Source of the DNA: Calditrichaceae bacterium
Lineage (GTDB): Bacteria; Calditrichota; Calditrichia; Calditrichales; JBFXGD01
Reading direction: 5' to 3'
Assembly (NCBI GenBank): GCA_050178385.1
Contig: JBFXGD010000103.1
Coordinates: forward strand, 1 to 12,259
DNA length: 12,259 nucleotides
In this document: piece after piece, positions 6,849 to 12,259 of the stretch
How the letters are laid out: each line of letters starts with the position of its first letter
Position numbering within the stretch: the stretch's first letter is position 1
Made by a program: the position numbers and the translations under genes
Notes under the pieces: generated by a model
What the model was told of the DNA's origin: nothing
Seen by the model: only the letters and a program-made list of their open reading frames with translations
Databases searched by the model: none

Positions 6849-7949
6849 TTATCCAACATTCAGAATTGGAAGTTCACGTTCCATTAATTGCGGAATTGTG
6901 CTTTTAAGATCATATCTTTTGGCCGCTGTGGTGATGATTCTGTCGAGCATTTCTACATAATTGTACCCGGCTGTTCTCGCCGCCTTCGGAAAACATGAAT
7001 TTTCTTTCGGGTCAGGAAGGATGCCCGGTATCGGATTTAATTCAAGCACATTTGGAATGTTGTCGTCATCGAGCCTCACGTCCACGCGGCACCAGTCTCT
7101 TATTCTCATCACCCGGTACGTATCTTTTACAACGTCTTCAATTTTATTCAGGAGAAATGGAGAAATTTTTGCGGGACATTCAAAAATATTCAGCGGTTTT
7201 TCCGGAGTATCCCAGATCCATTTCGCTTCGTATGAATAGATCGGCTGCGCCCCTTCAGGAAGCTCAGAATAGTCGATAGAAACAATCGGTAATACTTCCA
7301 CATCATTGCCGTTGCCCCAGACACCTACCGTAAATTCCCGGCCGGTGAGAAATTCTTCTAAAAGTACCGGCTGATTATATTGAAGTAACTTTTCTCTGAT
7401 TTTCTGTGCGGCTGTAAATGCATCATAGACTACCGAATCATTAAATATGCCCTTGCTGCTTCCTTCTGAAACCGGTTTTATAATCCCGGGGAATTCAAAC
7501 CCGTCGAGATCGATTTCGTGCAGAGGATAAAAAATTCTGAATTGCGGATTTGGAATTCCGTAATAGGTTAGAATTTCCTTTGTTCGCGCTTTATTCAGCG
7601 CAATAGCCAAAGTAAGCGGATCAGAGCCTGTATAAGGAAGACCGAGTCGCTCGCAAATTAATGGTATATATGATTCACGAAAATCTCCGAAAAGTCCTTC
7701 GGCCATGTTAAAAACCAGTTCAGGACTCAGTTCGTCCAATTTTTCGGCAGCCTGATCATTAGCTTCAATGCCGGTCACATTATGCCCCGCATTGCTTAAT
7801 GCATTAATCACCGCGTTTATTGTCACCATACTATCACCTTCGGCGAAAAAATCCTGAGGAATCTCATTTATATGATTAATGGAGCCGGCCCTCTTTTTAT
7901 ATTCATTTAGCAGTCCATTTTTACTGCTGAACGTAAGCGCGATTTTCAT
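6849..7949 (-). CDS. D-Ala-D-Ala-ligase-like ATP-grasp amide ligase (non-canonical), paralog A
   Basis: VFNMAEG, GLPYTGS, NKARTKE, IIKPVSEGSSKGI, LLEEFLTGREF, YSYEAKW, DWCRVDVRL, LELNPIPG. The start is more likely ATG 7949 (MKIALTFS, AAAGG upstream) than the track's TTG at 7973. Confidence 0.88.
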   Translation of the reverse strand: MKIALTFSSKNGLLNEYKKRAGSINHINEIPQDFFAEGDSMVTINAVINALSNAGHNVTGIEANDQAAEKLDELSPELVFNMAEGLFGDFRESYIPLICERLGLPYTGSDPLTLAIALNKARTKEILTYYGIPNPQFRIFYPLHEIDLDGFEFPGIIKPVSEGSSKGIFNDSVVYDAFTAAQKIREKLLQYNQPVLLEEFLTGREFTVGVWGNGNDVEVLPIVSIDYSELPEGAQPIYSYEAKWIWDTPEKPLNIFECPAKISPFLLNKIEDVVKDTYRVMRIRDWCRVDVRLDDDNIPNVLELNPIPGILPDPKENSCFPKAARTAGYNYVEMLDRIITTAAKRYDLKSTIPQLMERELPILNVG

Positions 7950-7998
7950 GATCCCAACCTTTCGGATTATCAACGGTTAACATGTTTTCTGTAGAAAT

Positions 7999-8015
7999 TA
8001 CAATAAACGTGCCAA
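7999..8015 (-). promoter_or_regulatory. sigma54 (-24/-12) promoter for the ligase-GNAT-kamA-HDAC operon
   Basis: Minus strand TTGGCACG-TTTA-TTGTA versus consensus TGGCACG-N4-TTGCW: exact spacing and a single C>T at -12, about 50 bp upstream of ATG 7949. The adjacent gene is a GAFTGA activator. Confidence 0.8.
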
Positions 8016-8101
8016 TGTTAATTTATCGTATATAAGTGTAATAATATTAATAAATTAGATTGTGTGTGATATTGATGGCTGGTTGGTGTGGTATAAAGAT
8101 A

Positions 8102-8197
8102 TTCTCAAAATGATAAAATACGTTTTATGATAGTGGTATTGGTTCTCATTTTGAGAATATAATGAATCAAAAGAGATATTGAATATCAAAATGATAA
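8102..8197. promoter_or_regulatory. Three palindromic candidate enhancer (UAS) sites
   Basis: TTCTCA-AAA-TGATAA (8102-8116), TTCTCA-TTT-TGAGAA (8143-8157) and ATATCA-AAA-TGATAA (8183-8197); starts 41 and 40 bp apart, 90-185 bp upstream of the -24 element. Confidence 0.75.
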
Positions 8198-8210
8198 TGA
8201 AAAAATGTAT

Positions 8211-9581
8211 TTATTCTAATCCGTACTCTTTAATTTTCCGGTAAAGGGTCGCCATACTTATCTGTAGCGTCATGGCTGTTTTTTGTTTATCATATTGGTA
8301 ATAAAGCAATGTGCGCTGAATAGCGGACTTTTCAATCTCGGAAAGTGTATGTCCGACTTCAAATTTTATCAGGCGCTGCGCATCATCAATATCCTCCAGC
8401 AACATTGGAAAGTGTTCAGCTTTAAGAAAATCATTCTGACAAAGCACAACTGCTCTTTCAATCATATTTTCCAGTTCACGAATGTTGCCGCGCCACGGGT
8501 AGCGCATCATCTGCTTTATAACTTCAGGTGTCACTCCCTGAACGCTTTTTGAATTAATATTATTATATTTCTCAATAAAATACTGGACAAGATAGGGGAT
8601 GTCATCCAGGCGTTCCCGAAGGGACGGCATCTGAATAGTCATGACGTTCAGACGGTAGTAAAGATCTTCCCTGAATGTTCCCAGAGATACACGTTCTTTA
8701 AGACCCACATTGGTGGCGGCGATAAAGCGTACATCGACTTTTTGAGTGATTGTATCACCGAGCCGTTCAAATTCGCCATTTTGCAAAACACGAAGCAATT
8801 TCACCTGCATAGAAGGGGAGAGTTCACCTATCTCGTCCAAAAAAAGAGTACCGTCGTTGGCAAGTTCGATCTTTCCTTTTTTTTGTTTAACGGCTCCGGT
8901 GAAGGCACCGCGCTCATATCCAAATAATTCAGCTTCCAACAACGTTTCAGGTATAGCCCCGCAGTTGATTTTAACAAAAGATCTTGCTGAACGCTGGCTG
9001 TAAAAATGGATGGCGTTAGCGGCCACTTCCTTACCGGTGCCTGTTTCGCCTGTAATTAAGACGGTGCTTCTTGATGATGCGATTTGCCTGATAAATTCTA
9101 TAATTCTCTTAAAACGCTGATTTACACCGATTAATTGAATCATTCCTGTATCGGGCCGGAGCTGGCTTTTTAGCTGCTCGTTTTCCCGGCGTAAATGTAT
9201 GGTCTCACTGAGTCTGGTCAATAGTTTTTTTAAATCGGCCAGTCGGAATGGTTTTACAAGATAATCATAAGCGCCGCTGCGAATCGCTTCTATGGCCGAT
9301 TCGACCGAGCCGTGCGCGGTTATAATTATGACCGGAATCCGACTGTTGTTTTCCTGAATATAACTAAGGATATCAAGACCCGATCCGTCTTTCAATTTAA
9401 GGTCAGTGATGATAATATCAATATCTTCCTTTTTTAACAGATTGATCGCGTCATTTCGTGAGACTGCCGTCAGTATTTCGTATCCGTTAACATTAAGACC
9501 CATTTTCAGAGCCTGAAGTGTATTCTCTTCATCATCGACGATCAGCACCTTCAAATTAGGCAATTTGTTTATCTCCTTCAT
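8211..9581 (-). CDS. sigma54-dependent NtrC/AtoC-family response regulator (REC-AAA+-Fis HTH)
   Basis: REC: VDDE, TDLKL, ITAHG, KPF. AAA+: GETGTGKE, EAELFGYERGAFTGA, FLDEIGE, FREDLYYRL, WRGNIREL. HTH: TAMTLQISMATLYRKI. The true start may be TTG at 9563, which has AAGGAG 9 nt upstream. Confidence 0.96.
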   Translation of the reverse strand: MKEINKLPNLKVLIVDDEENTLQALKMGLNVNGYEILTAVSRNDAINLLKKEDIDIIITDLKLKDGSGLDILSYIQENNSRIPVIIITAHGSVESAIEAIRSGAYDYLVKPFRLADLKKLLTRLSETIHLRRENEQLKSQLRPDTGMIQLIGVNQRFKRIIEFIRQIASSRSTVLITGETGTGKEVAANAIHFYSQRSARSFVKINCGAIPETLLEAELFGYERGAFTGAVKQKKGKIELANDGTLFLDEIGELSPSMQVKLLRVLQNGEFERLGDTITQKVDVRFIAATNVGLKERVSLGTFREDLYYRLNVMTIQMPSLRERLDDIPYLVQYFIEKYNNINSKSVQGVTPEVIKQMMRYPWRGNIRELENMIERAVVLCQNDFLKAEHFPMLLEDIDDAQRLIKFEVGHTLSEIEKSAIQRTLLYYQYDKQKTAMTLQISMATLYRKIKEYGLE

Positions 9582-11118
9582 CGGTTACCAGCGGAAAACT
9601 AATTGTAAATAACGTGCCTGTTTCCTTACCGGACCGGCAGGATATCTTTCCGCGATGAGCCAGCACAATCTCCCGGGAAATAAACAGACCTAAACCCGTA
9701 CCCGATTTTTTTGTGGAAAAAAAGGGTTCAAAAATCTGTGTTTTTTTATGAGGGTCCAGACCTTCACCGTTATCTTTTATGGTAATGATAACCCGTGACC
9801 CTCTTTTTTGCATGGCAATATTTATTATTCCGTCAGAGTTGATGGCTTCGGCAGAATTCTGAACGATATTCGCGAATACTCTTCGTAGCTGATGCCAGTC
9901 ACCCATTATACGGCAAACGCTTTTGCCTGTTCGCAATATAAATTTTATATTTTTATGGCTGAGTTCAAAACGCAATTCATCCGTAAAAACTTTCAGTCGA
10001 CGGTTTATATCCAATGGTTCAAGCTGAAGCTGTGATAAATGACTATAGGTAATATAATGATTCAGATTACTGCTTAATTGTGTGATCTCATTCTGAATTC
10101 TTGAGATGAGATTTTTATGTTCATCTGTCAGCAGACCTTTATTTTGCTCAACTAATTGTTGTTCAAGCACATCCAGGTTAAGGCCGATGGAATTCAGCGG
10201 ATTTCTGATATCGTGCATGATCGCGCTGGTCAAACGCGCAATTGCGGTTAATTGGTTCAGTTGCTGTACATTTGATTTAAATCCCGCCTGAAATCCCGCG
10301 CCCTGGAAGTTTATGATGTACACAATATTGTCCACATCAATATTTTTTATTTTGCTGATCGAAAAAATCACGGGAATAGATAAATCGTTTTTTGTTTTTA
10401 TAAATAACCGCAAATTCGGGATCCACTTTCTGCCGCCTCGTATTTTTTCCAAAAACTTTTGACGGGACTGATCTGCAATAATATTTAAAACACTTTTTTT
10501 TAGTATTTCATTCGGCTGAAATCCAGTAAGCCTGATTGCCATTGGATTCCAGTGTTTGACAATTAAATTCGAATCACAATCAACCACACCGACCGGTGAT
10601 TCATTGATAATTTGATAAATGACATTCAGATGTTTTTGCAGACCGTCTTTGACAATTTTTAATTCTTGTATGAGTTTTTGGTCACTGATTCTGAAATCTT
10701 CATAAATGTGTCCCCACCAATGACTAAGCTCGATCAGTGAGTGATCAAAGATTTTTTGGATCAGACTGAATTTAATCCTGATTTCTTCCATCTCCACTGA
10801 TGTGAGATTAGAAAGAAAATGATTAATTACAGTTCTTGCCATGCCCAGTATTGTTAACTGTGTGTGAAAATTGTTCTTTAAGACGGAAAGGTTTTTTACC
10901 GAACGGAGGTAATTTGAACTCAGATTTTTGCCGATTTCACTTTCCGATTTTGCCGCCATATCCTTTTCAAGGCTTACAAAAAGAGTATCAAATATTTTTT
11001 CCAGCTCAGGAGCGGTTACTTTTATATCCGAACTCCATCCGGATGTCAGAAAAGTCTCAATGGCGCTTTCGACAAGGTTTTTTCTGTTTGTCTGAATTTC
11101 TGAAACAATTTTTTCCAT
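9556..11118 (-). CDS. Cytoplasmic PAS-domain sensor histidine kinase (NtrB-like)
   Basis: About 160-aa helical N-terminal domain, PAS (ESPVGVVDCD...WNPMAIRLTGF), H-box MHDIRNPL, N-box NIVQNSAEA, DNGEG, FEPFFSTK, GTGLGL; no TM segment apparent. Confidence 0.93.
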   Translation of the reverse strand: MEKIVSEIQTNRKNLVESAIETFLTSGWSSDIKVTAPELEKIFDTLFVSLEKDMAAKSESEIGKNLSSNYLRSVKNLSVLKNNFHTQLTILGMARTVINHFLSNLTSVEMEEIRIKFSLIQKIFDHSLIELSHWWGHIYEDFRISDQKLIQELKIVKDGLQKHLNVIYQIINESPVGVVDCDSNLIVKHWNPMAIRLTGFQPNEILKKSVLNIIADQSRQKFLEKIRGGRKWIPNLRLFIKTKNDLSIPVIFSISKIKNIDVDNIVYIINFQGAGFQAGFKSNVQQLNQLTAIARLTSAIMHDIRNPLNSIGLNLDVLEQQLVEQNKGLLTDEHKNLISRIQNEITQLSSNLNHYITYSHLSQLQLEPLDINRRLKVFTDELRFELSHKNIKFILRTGKSVCRIMGDWHQLRRVFANIVQNSAEAINSDGIINIAMQKRGSRVIITIKDNGEGLDPHKKTQIFEPFFSTKKSGTGLGLFISREIVLAHRGKISCRSGKETGTLFTISFPLVTDEGDKQIA

Positions 11119-12060
11119 TTAGGATGCCAGTATGTTTCCAATAAATTGAATGATCCGTTCAGCTATCTGATGAACGACCAGGTCGGGTACTCCGTCATAA
11201 TGACTTGATTGAAGTCGCATATCGCACGATTCGTTCACATAATCCACAATAATAAATTTTTCATCATTATTCATAGTAATTTCGGTTGAGAACAGGTTTA
11301 ATTTACAAATTTCCGCGATCTTTTCAACGATCGCATACATGGTTCGCAAATTATATTTTTCCTCATCATCCTGACTCATAATGTCATAACGGTGATTAAT
11401 ATCGTTCCACCAACACAGGTAAATATCACCGCAGGCATAAAAACATCTGAACCAGAATCTTTTTTCATCTCTATTCGCAGGGATAATTTTTTCCTGAAGC
11501 AGATATTTATCATATTCAAATTCCAATCGAGCCGCTATGACATCCTGCAAAGTTTCAGCTCCGTTGACTACACCGATTCCTCCCCCGGTTGTATTCGCCG
11601 GTTTTATGATAAACGGTCTGCCGAGGTACGCGAGATCAGTCAGTGATAATTTTATGTCCGCGGTCTCTCTGTACGAGGGAAGAATAATCGTGTAAGGCAG
11701 ATTTAGTCCGTTCGAAATAAACTCAAGATGCATCGTTGCTTTATCTGACGCCCATTTTAGCTGCTTCTTAGTCTCAAAAACAGGTAAATTCTGTTTTGAG
11801 AAAAAGTGTTGTAATTTTATAAATTCAGGAGAAGTATCGGATGCGCGGTCAAAAAAATACCGGAAATGCAGCTGATTTTCATTTATTAAGAAAAAAGTTT
11901 CATCAAGATTGTGAAGTCTTACTATGTAGGTGGACAGACTTCTCTGTCGGGCGCAATCTTCCAAAATGGCGATAAAGTCCTCATCATATGTCCAGTCAGA
12001 GGCAATACAAAGATCGTAATATTTCTGATCAGCACTCTTGTTGTTTTTGACAAAATTCAA
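11119..12060 (-). CDS. RimK/glutathione-synthetase-like ATP-grasp protein of unknown function
   Basis: SDKATMHL, LPYTIIL, PFIIKPANTTGGGIGV, YLLQEKI, WFRCFY, STEI...IVDYVN. TTG start with AGGA RBS; the TAA stop abuts the kinase ATG. Confidence 0.75.
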   Translation of the reverse strand: MNFVKNNKSADQKYYDLCIASDWTYDEDFIAILEDCARQRSLSTYIVRLHNLDETFFLINENQLHFRYFFDRASDTSPEFIKLQHFFSKQNLPVFETKKQLKWASDKATMHLEFISNGLNLPYTIILPSYRETADIKLSLTDLAYLGRPFIIKPANTTGGGIGVVNGAETLQDVIAARLEFEYDKYLLQEKIIPANRDEKRFWFRCFYACGDIYLCWWNDINHRYDIMSQDDEEKYNLRTMYAIVEKIAEICKLNLFSTEITMNNDEKFIIVDYVNESCDMRLQSSHYDGVPDLVVHQIAERIIQFIGNILAS

Positions 12061-12108
12061 TTTATTCCTGAATATATAATATTTCTGTCTCTATGTTATA
12101 TGCCGGAA

Positions 12109-12259
12109 TCAGTTTTTTATCAATAATAATCCAGCTTCCGCGGCGGCGGATTTTACATCATTTTCGATGTGTCTGAAAAACTCCTTGCTGATAGAATAAA
12201 CAAATATCTCAAATACAAATTGATTTTCGTTTTCATCAAGCAACTGTATTTGCGGTTCT
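12109..12259 (-). CDS. 3' end of a gene entering from the right edge; possibly an MscS-family C-terminal domain
   Basis: Manual translation EPQIQLLDENENQFVFEIFVYSISKEFFRHIENDVKSAAAEAGLLLIKN-TGA (12111-12109). The EP-strand-turn-strand-helix-xAG(L/I) pattern resembles MscS cytoplasmic tails, but only 49 aa are visible. Confidence 0.4.
   Translation of the reverse strand, partial: EPQIQLLDENENQFVFEIFVYSISKEFFRHIENDVKSAAAEAGLLLIKN

Noticed and set aside
5767..7949. Housekeeping ddl or vancomycin-resistance van ligases
   Set aside because: Missing the GGxSxE and HGxxGEDG motifs; no cell-wall genes or vanH/vanX nearby; sigma54-type control.
4073..7949. Graspetide (microviridin-type) RiPP cluster
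   Set aside because: The ligases are Ddl-like rather than MvdC/D-like, and the only small ORF lacks PFFARFL or TxKxPSD-type motifs and core repeats.
7950..7973. ORF-track N-terminal extension (MIIRKVGI) of ligase A
   Set aside because: TTG start without an RBS and very close to the predicted TSS; ATG 7949 has an RBS-like AAAGG and gives a typical MKIAL first strand.
8102..8200. Fur box interpretation of the TGATAA/TGAGAA repeats
   Set aside because: The half-sites are arranged TTxTCA-N3-TGAxAA, the inverse of the Fur TGATAAT-N-ATTATCA arrangement, and their position fits a sigma54 enhancer better.
2547..12126. All plus-strand ORFs in the track (e.g. 3310-3582, 5115-5456, 6076-6414, 10836-11144)
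   Set aside because: Short, lying largely or wholly antisense to well-supported genes, with no recognisable motifs; shadow ORFs.
1..12259. CRISPR array, IS element, prophage or tRNA/rRNA
   Set aside because: No repeat-spacer periodicity with long identical repeats, no transposase/integrase motifs, and the short intergenic gaps show no tRNA or rRNA signatures.

Overview
An AT-rich bacterial window with every credible gene on the minus strand. In transcription order (right to left): (1) the 3' end of a possible MscS-like gene, then a RimK/GshB-like ATP-grasp protein butted against a cytoplasmic PAS histidine kinase and a sigma54-dependent NtrC-family response regulator. (2) A ~260-bp intergenic region with three phased TT(C/A)TCA-N3-TGA(G/T)AA palindromes and a -24/-12 sigma54 promoter. 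(3) A five-gene operon: two non-canonical D-Ala-D-Ala-ligase-like ATP-grasp enzymes, a GNAT acetyltransferase, a lysine-type KamA radical-SAM 2,3-aminomutase and a GNAT-HDAC (acetylpolyamine amidohydrolase-like) fusion. (4) An ECF sigma / zinc anti-sigma / Spy-CpxP-like / lipoprotein envelope-stress module. The most interesting system is (1)-(3): an apparently self-contained, sigma54-controlled pathway inferred to make and reversibly acetylate a beta-lysine-containing small peptide of unknown structure. No mobile elements, CRISPR arrays, rRNA or tRNA genes were seen. All calls come from motif recognition by eye; no searches were run.
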